In this document: positions 1 through 9,301 of the stretch, piece after piece
Layout of the letters: every line of letters begins with the position of its first letter
Position numbering within the stretch: the first letter of the stretch is position 1
DNA from: an uncultured Clostridia bacterium
Lineage (GTDB): Bacteria > Bacillota > Clostridia > TANB77 > CAG-508
Direction of reading: 5' to 3'
Assembly (NCBI GenBank): GCA_934162365.1
Contig: CAKPIK010000001.1
Span: 234,877 to 298,876 of the forward strand
DNA length: 64,000 nucleotides
Translations under genes and position numbers: made by a program
Notes under the pieces: model-generated
Databases searched by the model: none
The model's input: the letters and a program-made list of their open reading frames with translations, nothing else
What the model was told of the DNA's origin: nothing

Positions 1-918
1 TTTTCAGGAGGAACAGGACAAGCAACTGAAACATTTAAATATCCATCTACATTAACATTCGTTGAAGCTTATAAACAATATTATGTTAGTATAGATAATG
101 AAAGCTATTATGGAGATTATACAAAAACAGATTTTTCTAATGGATTATTTACTCAATATATGACATGGCTTGACTATGCTAATACTGGAACACACCCAGA
201 AGGCTGGGAAACAAGAAGGAAATCTGAATGGTGTTTGTTTCAAACAGGATATTATGGATGGGGACTTCAAAATAATTCATATCCACAAGGATTTGATGAA
301 TATTGGGTAACAACAAAAACTCTCGGAGTAGATTTATATAATGAAGATGGGACTGTTAACGAAGATAAAATGCAAGAATTAGAATATGCACTAGAAGATG
401 AGCATAATATAATAAAATCAGGAAAAGGATTTAATAACTGGGTGTCAATTCCAGAAGGCGATACTGATAATGAAACAAGAAGAAAAGTAACTGGAACGTT
501 CCATGGCTTTTCAGGTGAGGTAAGAGGAGGAACTCCAAGAGGAAATAACGGATTATCAACTTATCAATGTACATGGTGGGCAAATGGAAGAGCAAGTGAA
601 TTTTTATCTGTATATGGTACTAAGTATAAAACTTATCCTTCAGCAGAAGGTAATGGTGGACAATATTATGTAATAAATAAAAATAGAGGATGGTTTAAAT
701 ATGGTTCAGAACCAAAACCAAATTCTTTATTATCAACTACCAGTGGTTCAAATGAAGGACATGTACTATATATAGAAGCAGTTGATTATAAAAATAGAGT
801 TTATTATGCAAGTGAAGCAGGAAGCGGATATAAATGGGGCGGAATATGTAAGTATAGTTTTGGACATCATACTTGTAATGATAATTATGGATTTATATAT
901 TTAGATGAGCCTAATTAA
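1..918 (+). CDS. CHAP-domain cell-wall hydrolase, 5'-truncated by the window edge (open frame from nt 1, no stop)
   Basis: Frame 1 is open from position 1 to the stop at 916-918. The C-terminal region has the CHAP motifs: the Cys in YQCTWWANGRASEF and the His in GHVLYIEAV. Confidence 0.55.
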   Translation, partial: FSGGTGQATETFKYPSTLTFVEAYKQYYVSIDNESYYGDYTKTDFSNGLFTQYMTWLDYANTGTHPEGWETRRKSEWCLFQTGYYGWGLQNNSYPQGFDEYWVTTKTLGVDLYNEDGTVNEDKMQELEYALEDEHNIIKSGKGFNNWVSIPEGDTDNETRRKVTGTFHGFSGEVRGGTPRGNNGLSTYQCTWWANGRASEFLSVYGTKYKTYPSAEGNGGQYYVINKNRGWFKYGSEPKPNSLLSTTSGSNEGHVLYIEAVDYKNRVYYASEAGSGYKWGGICKYSFGHHTCNDNYGFIYLDEPN

Positions 919-931
919 AAAGGAGAATAAA

Positions 932-2287
932 ATGAATAAAAGTAGAAAAGTAGTTTTAATTCTAATTATAGTTTTTTTAGTTATTGTATGTTCTATTATT
1001 ATTTCTTTATATAATTTAAATAAAAAAGTAAATAAAAATAGCACAAACAATAATACTGTAAATAAATTAGATAATGAATATTTACAAAATACAGATACAA
1101 TATATGATGATAGTATGGCTCAAAAGATAGATATAGATAAAATATTAAAATATGAAACGGTTTCAACTGATTATATTACTATGAATGCGTTAACAGAAAA
1201 TTATATAAATTTAATCGCCAACAAAGATACTACTAAATTGAATGCACTCCTAGCACCTTCATATAAAGAAAAATATAATATAAATAGTAATAATATGTTT
1301 AAAATACTTACAGTTCCTCAATTAACTGATTATAGACAAACATATAAATTAACAATAAACGAAATGTTAAATGCTCAAATTGATGAGACTATATTTGTTT
1401 ATATTATAGATTCAAAATGCAGAATTAGTGGAACTGATAATATCTTTTCATTGAGAGTTATGTTTGAAGTTGATACGGCAAATAAAACATATATTATATA
1501 TCCATATCAATATATAAATGATAAGGGTTATAATAAACTAAAAAGTGGAGATAAAATAGATTTTGATAAAGAAGAGATTATAAGCTCCGAATATAATACA
1601 TTTAATTATATATCATATAATGATAATGAAATGGCAAATATGTATTTTAATGAATATATGGAATTATTAATGTACTATCAAGATGATGCTTATAATATGT
1701 TAGATTCAGAATATTCTAATAAAAGATTTGGAAATAGTAATACTTTTAAAGCATGGATAAAAGAAAATTCTAAAACTATTTTTTCAAGCCAAGTAAACAA
1801 GTATGCAATTTCATATAAGAATAATCATAAAGTATATATATGTGTAGATAACTATAACAATTATTATATTTTTAATGAACAAGATGGAATAATGAGAAGT
1901 AAAGTAACTTTGGATAATTACACTATATTATCAGATACTGACACACAAAAATATCAACAAGCAACAGAAGTTAATAAAGCTAAATATCAAGTAGAAACAC
2001 TAATACAAAAAATTAATATGAAAGATTATAAATCTATATATGATAAATTAGATAGTACTTTTAGAAATAATAATTTTAAAACAGTAGATTCTTTAAAGGA
2101 ATATATTAAAAATAATTTTTATGATATAAACAGTATAGATGTAAAAGATATATATGAAGAAGAAAATTATAATGTATTTAAATGTGAAATAACTAATTTA
2201 AGAAATAATGATGAAACTAAACAATTGACAGTTGTAGTAAGTATAAAAGAAGGAATGGACTATGCTATGTCATTTAGTTTTGAATAA
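932..2287 (+). CDS. Hypothetical membrane-anchored Asn/Tyr-rich protein
   Basis: RBS aaaaaggagaat precedes the ATG at 932. There is an N-terminal TM helix (VVLILIIVFLVIVCSIIISLY). The remainder is low-complexity with no recognisable catalytic motif. Confidence 0.5.
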   Translation: MNKSRKVVLILIIVFLVIVCSIIISLYNLNKKVNKNSTNNNTVNKLDNEYLQNTDTIYDDSMAQKIDIDKILKYETVSTDYITMNALTENYINLIANKDTTKLNALLAPSYKEKYNINSNNMFKILTVPQLTDYRQTYKLTINEMLNAQIDETIFVYIIDSKCRISGTDNIFSLRVMFEVDTANKTYIIYPYQYINDKGYNKLKSGDKIDFDKEEIISSEYNTFNYISYNDNEMANMYFNEYMELLMYYQDDAYNMLDSEYSNKRFGNSNTFKAWIKENSKTIFSSQVNKYAISYKNNHKVYICVDNYNNYYIFNEQDGIMRSKVTLDNYTILSDTDTQKYQQATEVNKAKYQVETLIQKINMKDYKSIYDKLDSTFRNNNFKTVDSLKEYIKNNFYDINSIDVKDIYEEENYNVFKCEITNLRNNDETKQLTVVVSIKEGMDYAMSFSFE

Positions 2288-2314
2288 AAAAATTACGGTT
2301 TAGCCGTAATTTTT

Positions 2315-2680
2315 TTATATTTTATTTTTATTCTCATTTGCTAGAAAATGTATGTTATTTTTTATTAACTTTTTATCTTTTTCTGATAATAATAAATAAT
2401 CATGAGAAATATCGTTTATAAAATCATTTAATTGATTGTATAAATTTGGATTTAAAATTCTATCTATTGATATATCTAAAGCATTACAAATATTAGAAAA
2501 AATAATAATATTTGGTACTTTTTTTCCAATTTCTATTTCATATAAATAATTAGAGGATATATTACTTTTTTCTGCTAATCTTTCTCTGGATATTCCATAA
2601 CTTGTTCTTATTGACGATATTCTTTCACCAATTTCTTTTGCCTTTTGAGATTTTAATTCTTTTTCATCCATTAAATACAT
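2315..2680 (-). CDS. XRE-family helix-turn-helix transcriptional regulator
   Basis: The HTH_XRE signature ISRERLAEKSNISSNYLYEIEIGKKVPNIIIFSNICNALDISIDRIL is present. The gene is divergent from the downstream membrane-protein gene. Confidence 0.7.
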   Translation of the reverse strand: MYLMDEKELKSQKAKEIGERISSIRTSYGISRERLAEKSNISSNYLYEIEIGKKVPNIIIFSNICNALDISIDRILNPNLYNQLNDFINDISHDYLLLSEKDKKLIKNNIHFLANENKNKI

Positions 2681-2834
2681 AACCTCCTATTCATTTATAT
2701 TATATTATTTTAAGTACCTATCAAATATATTCTAAAGATAGTAAAATTAAGCAAAAAAACCAACAATAGATTGACAAAAGCATGAGAAAAATATATAATA
2801 AAATAAAAAAATGTAAAAACAGGAGAAAATTTAT

Positions 2835-3050
2835 ATGAAAAATCATATAAAAATTAGAGATAAAATACTTATATCAATAATCATAATTATTATGTTATTT
2901 AATTTTATTTTTCAAAAGCCAGTTAAAGCGAGCCTTTTTGGAAAAGCAGTAGGCACAGCAGCAGGGGCACTAATGCCTCTTATATGTGATTTTACACTTT
3001 TTTTACGGGGATACAGTTTTAAATACTCTTCAAACTACTTTATATGTTGA
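2835..3050 (+). CDS. Short ORF encoding a signal peptide; probably the true N-terminus of the downstream 1017-aa protein, separated by a frameshift in a T7 tract
   Basis: RBS aggagaaaatttatatg. The N-terminus MKNHIKIRDKILISIIIIIMLFNFIFQKPVKA looks like a signal peptide with an AxA-like cleavage site. The ORF overlaps the next ORF in a different frame across TTTTTTT at 2998-3004. Confidence 0.35.
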   Translation: MKNHIKIRDKILISIIIIIMLFNFIFQKPVKASLFGKAVGTAAGALMPLICDFTLFLRGYSFKYSSNYFIC

Positions 3051-6039
3051 TCAAGATATAACGATAGAAGCTAATAGTCCTGCAAATCAAAATTTAAGTT
3101 GGGGTAGTATTGGTATGATTGTAGGAGGAGTAGTTGTTGGAGTTGTTGGAGGATGTCTGGCATGGACAGGTGTAGGAGCGGTTGCATCGGCAAGTGGGTT
3201 TGCGGCAGCTGTTACAGCAATAGGAACAGCAGGAGGAAGTATCTTGTTGGGCGCTGCAGGTGTTGTGGCGGGAGGATATCTTGCTGTAAATGGAGTTGAA
3301 AACACAATAGAAAATTTATGTGGTGATTATGAATTACCATATATTGCATACACTCCATTTTCTATTTTCTCAAATCAAGTTCCTATATTTGATATAAACT
3401 TTTTTTCACCAACAGATTATTCATCAACAAATACAGATAAAGTAGAAGATGTTGAAATAAAAAGCAATATAATTAGTGAATCATCTGCATCAATTCTTCA
3501 AGAAACAATTAGTTCATGGTACTATGTATTAAGAAATACAGCAATAGTAGCTATGTTAAGTATATTAGTATACATGGGAATTAGAATGATTATTAGTTCT
3601 GCTTCAAAAGATAAAGCTAAATACAAGCAAATGTTTATAGACTGGTTAGTTGGAATGTGTCTAATATTAACAATGCATTATATAATGATATGTATTGTTA
3701 ACTTATCACAAAAAATAAATGGATTCATATATCCAATGTGCCAAGAAAATATAATTGCATATTTACCACCGAATACAACAATAAAAATCCCACAAAAGAT
3801 AGATGAATCAGGAAATATAATACAAGAAGCTAAAGAGATAACCTTAGAAAATAATGAACAAGCTAATGTACCTATTTGGAATACAAATCTTATTGGATAT
3901 GCCAGATTAATTGCAGGAGGATTTGCTAATGGAGATGAGGCAGAAAGAGGACAAGTAATAACAAAAATTGAATATACTATAATTTATACTGTTATGGTAA
4001 TATATACAATTATTTTCACAGTAATTTATTTAAAAAGAGTACTATATATGGCATTTTTAACAATAATTTCACCATTAGTTGCAATGACATATCCATTAGA
4101 TAAAATACACGATGGGCAAGCCCAAGGTTTTAATACATGGATTAAAGAGTATATATTTAATGCATTATTACAACCTTTTCATTTACTTATTTATACAATA
4201 CTAATTGGTTCAGTTATGAATTTAGCAAGTAAGTATCCAATATACGCAATAGTAGCTTTAGGTTTTATTATACCAGCAGAAAAAATGTTAAAAAATATGT
4301 TTGGATTTAATAAAGCACAAAGTCCTGCTAGTATAGGAGCTATGGGAGCAGCAGGAGCTGGTATGATTATGTCAGGAATGAGCAAATTGTTGCATGGAGG
4401 ACCAAAGAAAACAGAAAAAGAAGAAAAAGGAAAAAATGATAATATAAGATTTAAACCTGAAAGAAACAATGATGCAATTGATACATATGCAAGCGAAAAT
4501 AGTAGTAATAGTTTGCCAGAAGCTACAGAGGAAAGTCCAGTAAGGGGGATGATTGATAGAGATAATGAGGATTTTAATAATCCAGAATTTGACCCACATG
4601 AGACAGCCTATTTAGAAAATGATTTTAGTGAGAATATGCCAACATACAATGGAACAGAAGAAGAGAGACTACAAGAGCTCGAAGATATTTATAGGACGCA
4701 AGGATATGATGAAGAAGAAATTAATCAAATGTTAGGAAATACACCGGATAGTAATAGTATAGTGGCTCAGGAAAATGAAAACAATAATATATTATCTAAT
4801 CAAATAGAAAACAATAAACCTAAATTAAAAAATAGAATTGGGAGAGGAATATTAGCAATAGGAGAAAGAAGTGCACATAGGTTTAAGAGTTCGAAACCTT
4901 TAAGAAAAGTTAGAAGAGGAATTACATATGCATTAGGTGCTGGTACTCTGGGTATGATAGGTTTAGCAGCAGGGATAGCATCAGGAGATTTAAGCAAAAC
5001 TGGACAATATGCAGCAACAGGAGCACATGTAGGTGGAAGTGTAGGAAGAAAATTAGGAGATAGTATAGCAGCAAAAGGGAATACTGATATTGAAACTTTT
5101 AAACAAGGATATTATGGAACAGATTATGAAGATAAATTAAGAGAAAAACAAATAAAAGAATGGCAAGCAGATCCAGAAAATATTCAATATTTAAGAGCTA
5201 GAGATGAAAATTATAGACAAACTTTGAGGGACGTTTATCCAGAATATGCAAGACAAGGATGTTATAATATAGAAGATTTTTGGGCAGCATATCAATTAGA
5301 AAAGAGTGGCTTAAGCCGTGCTACTGCATTGTCAACTTATAAATTAGCAAAAAGGACAGGAGATATAACAACAAGCCCAGATGCAGAAAATAAATGGCAA
5401 ACAAGGCTTGAACATGAATTTGCAAATTCAGAAGATATTGCAAGAGCAAATGAAGTAGACCAAAGACGAGTAGAAGAACAATATAGAGCTCAGCAAGATC
5501 AAATTGATGCTGAATTTGAATCAGAATACAGAAGAATGCAAACACAGGATTCAAATGAAGAGGAAGAACTTAGAAGGATAGAAGAAGAATACAAAAGTGA
5601 AAGAGCAAGATTAAAATTAGAATATACTAGTAATTATGAAAATATAGAAAACGAAATGATAGATTATGATGCTCAACAAAAACAATTAGAATTAGATTAT
5701 AAATTAAACCCAAGTGAGTTTACAGGTAATAAATATAATGAAAAATTTAAAGAACTTGCAAAGAAGAAAAAAGCTAGAGAAAGAAAACTTAAATTATTAG
5801 AACAAGAATATAAAGAACATCAGGATGAACTTAGCAATGAATACCAAAATAAACATAAAGAGATTGAAGATAAGCAAGCTACAGCTTATAGACAACTTGC
5901 AATTAGTAAAAAAGCTAAATTAGCAGCTTTAGAAAAACAAAGAGAAAAGCAGATAGAACAAATAAAAGAAAATACTTCAGGAGCATTATCTAAAAAAGCT
6001 ATAGAAAATATAAAACAATTTTATGATAATAAAAATTAA
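2986..6039 (+). CDS. Large polytopic membrane protein with a glycine-zipper N-region, at least 6 TM helices and a charged C-terminal coiled-coil tail; possibly VirB6/TrbL/TcpH-like
   Basis: 1017-aa ORF beginning at GTG. It has a Gly/Ala-rich hydrophobic block (GGVVVGVVGGCLAWTGVGAVASASGFAAAV...), several TM helices at aa 180-450, and a long E/K/Q/R-rich heptad-like tail (aa 700-1017). Confidence 0.6.
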   Translation: MILHFFYGDTVLNTLQTTLYVDQDITIEANSPANQNLSWGSIGMIVGGVVVGVVGGCLAWTGVGAVASASGFAAAVTAIGTAGGSILLGAAGVVAGGYLAVNGVENTIENLCGDYELPYIAYTPFSIFSNQVPIFDINFFSPTDYSSTNTDKVEDVEIKSNIISESSASILQETISSWYYVLRNTAIVAMLSILVYMGIRMIISSASKDKAKYKQMFIDWLVGMCLILTMHYIMICIVNLSQKINGFIYPMCQENIIAYLPPNTTIKIPQKIDESGNIIQEAKEITLENNEQANVPIWNTNLIGYARLIAGGFANGDEAERGQVITKIEYTIIYTVMVIYTIIFTVIYLKRVLYMAFLTIISPLVAMTYPLDKIHDGQAQGFNTWIKEYIFNALLQPFHLLIYTILIGSVMNLASKYPIYAIVALGFIIPAEKMLKNMFGFNKAQSPASIGAMGAAGAGMIMSGMSKLLHGGPKKTEKEEKGKNDNIRFKPERNNDAIDTYASENSSNSLPEATEESPVRGMIDRDNEDFNNPEFDPHETAYLENDFSENMPTYNGTEEERLQELEDIYRTQGYDEEEINQMLGNTPDSNSIVAQENENNNILSNQIENNKPKLKNRIGRGILAIGERSAHRFKSSKPLRKVRRGITYALGAGTLGMIGLAAGIASGDLSKTGQYAATGAHVGGSVGRKLGDSIAAKGNTDIETFKQGYYGTDYEDKLREKQIKEWQADPENIQYLRARDENYRQTLRDVYPEYARQGCYNIEDFWAAYQLEKSGLSRATALSTYKLAKRTGDITTSPDAENKWQTRLEHEFANSEDIARANEVDQRRVEEQYRAQQDQIDAEFESEYRRMQTQDSNEEEELRRIEEEYKSERARLKLEYTSNYENIENEMIDYDAQQKQLELDYKLNPSEFTGNKYNEKFKELAKKKKARERKLKLLEQEYKEHQDELSNEYQNKHKEIEDKQATAYRQLAISKKAKLAALEKQREKQIEQIKENTSGALSKKAIENIKQFYDNKN

Positions 6040-6057
6040 AATATAGAAGGATTATTT

Positions 6058-6375
6058 ATGCAAAAAATAAAAGAAAATTATAAAAAAATAATAAAAATAA
6101 TTGTGATAAGTATTATATTTTTATATTTAATATTTAGTATAATACTTCCTCAATTATCAATTAAAATTTATAAAAATAGTATGTTATTAATAATTGGGAT
6201 AATTGTAACTTTCATTTTTTTAATTATTGCTTTAAAATCAAAAGTTAATAAAAGAAAAATGAAAAAAATATTTATAGTTTTTAAAAATTTAATAGATAAA
6301 TATATATTATTAAAAGCTGTAGTTATATTAATAATCTCATTTGTTTTGAATAGATTCATTACTCAAATAATTTAA
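6058..6375 (+). CDS. Small hypothetical membrane protein (3 TM)
   Basis: 105-aa ORF that is hydrophobic and very AT-rich. There is no homology signal, so this could be spurious. Confidence 0.35.
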   Translation: MQKIKENYKKIIKIIVISIIFLYLIFSIILPQLSIKIYKNSMLLIIGIIVTFIFLIIALKSKVNKRKMKKIFIVFKNLIDKYILLKAVVILIISFVLNRFITQII

Positions 6376-6421
6376 TATTTTAATAGCATTTGGTAAACAT
6401 ATATTAAAGGAGAAAAAATAT

Positions 6422-7426
6422 ATGTTTATACCAGATGCTATTTTTTTTGAACCAAAATCATATGAATATGAATTAGGAAAAAGGTTATTAGAGAACTATA
6501 AAAAACAAAATATACCTATGATTGAAATTGAGAATCATAATAACATAGAACAAATGAGAAAAAAGCAAAATAAAGAATTTCCATATATGAAAAGGAACTT
6601 AGTTATTGCAACAAGAAAAACACATAAATATGTTCCAAATCATAAAGTCTCAGACTTTCTTGTACCATATACCTCTTCTGGATGTATTGCAATGTGTATG
6701 TATTGTTATTTAGTTTGTAATTATAATAAATGTGCATATTTAAGATTGTTTGTAAACAGAGAATATATGCTAGATAAAATAAAGAAAACTGCAGATAAAT
6801 CAGATGAAAATTTAGTATTTGAAATAGGTAGCAATAGTGATTTGATTTTAGAAAATACTATTACAGGTAATTTAGAATGGACCATAGAAAATTTTAAAAA
6901 TCAAAATAAAGGAATGCTTACATTTCCAACAAAATTTGATATGGTTGATCCTATTTTGAATTTAAATCATAATGGAAAAATAATAGTTAGAATGAGTGTA
7001 AATCCAGAAGATATAATTAATAAAATTGAATTTGGAACATCAAGATTAAGTGGAAGGCTTGAGGCAATAAATAAATTAGTGGAAGCGGGATATATTGTTG
7101 GTATCTTAATTGCTCCAATAATCTTGGTTGAAAACTGGCAAGAATTATATGAAAAGTTACTACAACAGTTAAATGAAAAATTATATGAGAAAGCTAAAAA
7201 AGAAGTATTTTTTGAATTAATATTTATGACATATAGTTTTGTGCATAATGCAATAAATCACGAGGCATTTCCAAATGCAATTGAATTATATAACAAGGAA
7301 ATTATGACAGGCAGAGGTAAGGGAAAATATGCATATAAACCAAGTGTAAAAGCAGAAGCCCAAAAATATATGGAGGAGCTTATGCATAAGTATTTCCCTA
7401 ATAATGAGATTAAATATATTGTGTAA
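6422..7426 (+). CDS. splB: Spore photoproduct lyase (radical SAM)
   Basis: CIAMCMYCY fits the CX3CX2C radical-SAM motif. The length (334 aa) and the N-terminus MFIPDAIFFEP... resemble SplB. An RBS (aggagaaaaaatatatg) is present. Confidence 0.75.
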   Translation: MFIPDAIFFEPKSYEYELGKRLLENYKKQNIPMIEIENHNNIEQMRKKQNKEFPYMKRNLVIATRKTHKYVPNHKVSDFLVPYTSSGCIAMCMYCYLVCNYNKCAYLRLFVNREYMLDKIKKTADKSDENLVFEIGSNSDLILENTITGNLEWTIENFKNQNKGMLTFPTKFDMVDPILNLNHNGKIIVRMSVNPEDIINKIEFGTSRLSGRLEAINKLVEAGYIVGILIAPIILVENWQELYEKLLQQLNEKLYEKAKKEVFFELIFMTYSFVHNAINHEAFPNAIELYNKEIMTGRGKGKYAYKPSVKAEAQKYMEELMHKYFPNNEIKYIV

Positions 7427-7465
7427 TTATCATAAACTTACCTTTTACGAATACAATTCGTATAG

Positions 7466-8719
7466 GTGAGTTTTGTGTTTAAAAGAGTAATAAGTATAGG
7501 CATTATATTGATAATGTGTTTGAGTTATATAAATATAAGTTATGCGGATGATGAGATAGATACTGTAGATATTAAAGGAATTGATAAGGTCATTGAAACG
7601 GTGGCAGGGATTAATGATTTACCTAAAATTAATTCAAGATTTGCTGTTGTTTTAGATAGGAATAGTGGTGCAGTTATTTATGGAAAGAGTGAATATACAA
7701 AAACAAAAATGGCATCGACTACTAAAATTATGACATGTATTGTTGTACTTGAAAACACAAATTTAAATAATATTGTTGAAGTGTCTGCAAAAGCAGCTGG
7801 TACAGGAGGATCTAGATTAAAGTTTAAAAAAGGTGACAAAATAAGTGTAAATGATTTATTATATGGATTAATGTTGAGGTCCGGTAATGATGCAGCAGTA
7901 GCATTAGCAGAATATGTTGGTGGAAGCATAGAAGGCTTTGCTACTCTTATGAATAAAAAAGCAAATGAGTTAGGATTAGAAAATACTCATTTTGAAACAC
8001 CACATGGACTAGATTCAGATAATCACTATACAACACCATATGAATTGGCAAAATTAGCAAGTTATGCTTTGAATAATAAAACATTTAAAAATATTGTTGG
8101 AACTAAAAGCTGTACTATAAATATAAATGGTGTTCCGAGGGCTATATCAAATACAAATGAATTATTGGGGAATTTAAATGGTGTATATGGAGTGAAAACA
8201 GGTTTTACTAATGGCGCTGGTAGATGTTTGGTTACTTCTATTAAACGTGATAACTTAGATGTAATATGTGTTGTGCTTGGAGCAGATACTAAAAAAATAA
8301 GAACTGCTGACAGTGTTAAGCTTATAGAATATACTTTTAAAAATTATACAAGTGAAGATATAAGTAAAAATATTGAGGAGGAGTTTGAAAAATGGAAAAA
8401 TATCAATCAAAATAGAATTAATATAAATAAAGGAATAAAGACAGACATAAAAATAGGATTAGAAGAATATAATATAAAAAAATATCCAATAAAAAACAAC
8501 ACAAGTCAAAAAATAAATGTGCAAATAGATGTAAGCACAAATTTAGAAGCACCAGTAAAAAATGGGGATATAATAGGAAAATTAACAGTTAGTTATGAAG
8601 ATAAATGTATATCGGAAATTAATATAATTACAAAAGAAGAAATAAAGAAAAAAGGCATAGAAAACTACATATATGAAATTATTAAAAATTATAATAATTA
8701 TTTAAAGCAAACAATATAG
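7466..8719 (+). CDS. D-alanyl-D-alanine carboxypeptidase (PBP5 family, DacB/DacF-like)
   Basis: Signal peptide present, plus the SxxK (ASTTKIMT), SGN (LRSGNDAA) and KTG (KTGFT) motifs. The C-terminal beta domain is typical of PBP5. Confidence 0.8.
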   Translation: MSFVFKRVISIGIILIMCLSYINISYADDEIDTVDIKGIDKVIETVAGINDLPKINSRFAVVLDRNSGAVIYGKSEYTKTKMASTTKIMTCIVVLENTNLNNIVEVSAKAAGTGGSRLKFKKGDKISVNDLLYGLMLRSGNDAAVALAEYVGGSIEGFATLMNKKANELGLENTHFETPHGLDSDNHYTTPYELAKLASYALNNKTFKNIVGTKSCTININGVPRAISNTNELLGNLNGVYGVKTGFTNGAGRCLVTSIKRDNLDVICVVLGADTKKIRTADSVKLIEYTFKNYTSEDISKNIEEEFEKWKNINQNRININKGIKTDIKIGLEEYNIKKYPIKNNTSQKINVQIDVSTNLEAPVKNGDIIGKLTVSYEDKCISEINIITKEEIKKKGIENYIYEIIKNYNNYLKQTI

Positions 8720-8754
8720 GGTTAATTTAAATTACAAATTATATAAACTTTTAC

Positions 8755-8783
8755 TTGACGAAAAGCGAAAAATCTGCTATTAT
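8755..8783 (+). promoter_or_regulatory. Sigma-A type promoter for the tRNA-Gly/tRNA-Cys pair
   Basis: TTGACG, a 17-nt spacer, then TATTAT, located about 20 nt upstream of tRNA-Gly. Confidence 0.4.
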
Positions 8784-8801
8784 ATTAATGTTATATTTAG
8801 T

Positions 8802-8877
8802 GCGGGAATAGCTCAGTTGATAGAGCGCTGCCTTGCCAAGGCAGAGGTCGCGGGTTTGAGCCCCGTTTCCCGCTCCA
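8802..8877 (+). tRNA. tRNA-Gly (anticodon GCC)
   Basis: Manual cloverleaf: acceptor GCGGGAA/TTCCCGC, D-arm GCTC-AGTTGATA-GAGC, anticodon loop TTGCCAA, T-arm GCGGG-TTTGAGC-CCCGT, 3' CCA encoded. Confidence 0.85.
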
Positions 8878-8891
8878 TTTTATCTTTATAC

Positions 8892-8966
8892 GGCGAGTTA
8901 GCCAAGCGGTAAGGCACGAGTCTGCAAAACTCTGATTCATCGGTTCGATTCCGATACTCGCCTCCA
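8892..8966 (+). tRNA. tRNA-Cys (anticodon GCA)
   Basis: Acceptor GGCGAGT/ACTCGCC, anticodon loop CTGCAAA, T-loop GGTTCGATTCC, CCA encoded. Confidence 0.85.
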
Positions 8967-8974
8967 TTAAAAAA

Positions 8975-9006
8975 ACTTACGAACAATTAAGTTCGTAAGT
9001 TTTTTG
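8975..9006 (+). terminator. Rho-independent terminator after the tRNAs
   Basis: Stem ACTTACGAAC / GTTCGTAAGT with loop AATTAA, followed by TTTTT. Confidence 0.6.
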
Positions 9007-9228
9007 TTTTAAATCAAAAATGTAATTTTTTCCATAAAAAAATCGCAAAAACCTTACGCAAGCCTGATTTATAAAAATCTTTTTTACATAATCTGTTGAA
9101 AAATAATTAAAAATGTTATATAATTGTAATATATGGCTATTTTGAAAGTGTTAATCTGTGAAAAATAGCTTCCGTAGAGCTTTATAAAACAGCTTTGTAA
9201 AGCTCTTGAAATATGGGAAAATAGCCTA

Positions 9229-9263
9229 TTGACTTATAATTTAAAAACCATTAATATATTATA
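9229..9263 (+). promoter_or_regulatory. Candidate sigma-A promoter of the adhesin gene
   Basis: TTGACT, a 17-nt spacer, then TAATAT, about 40 nt upstream of the RBS agagaggtaaaaaatg. Confidence 0.4.
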
Positions 9264-9301
9264 TATAATATATTAAAATATAATTCCAAGAGAGGTAAAA
9301 A

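Noticed and set aside
3100-3300. Locally GC-rich patch that could be mistaken for foreign DNA
   Set aside because: It is a codon-composition effect of a Gly/Ala/Val-rich hydrophobic block (GGN, GCN and GTN codons) within a continuous ORF.
3087-5554. Several minus-strand ORFs (3087-3305, 4191-4469, 4372-4599, 4800-4997, 5321-5554) inside the 1017-aa gene
   Set aside because: They are antisense to a long, well-supported coding frame. They are produced by Gly/Ala-rich and Glu/Lys-rich codon runs, and have no RBS or motifs.
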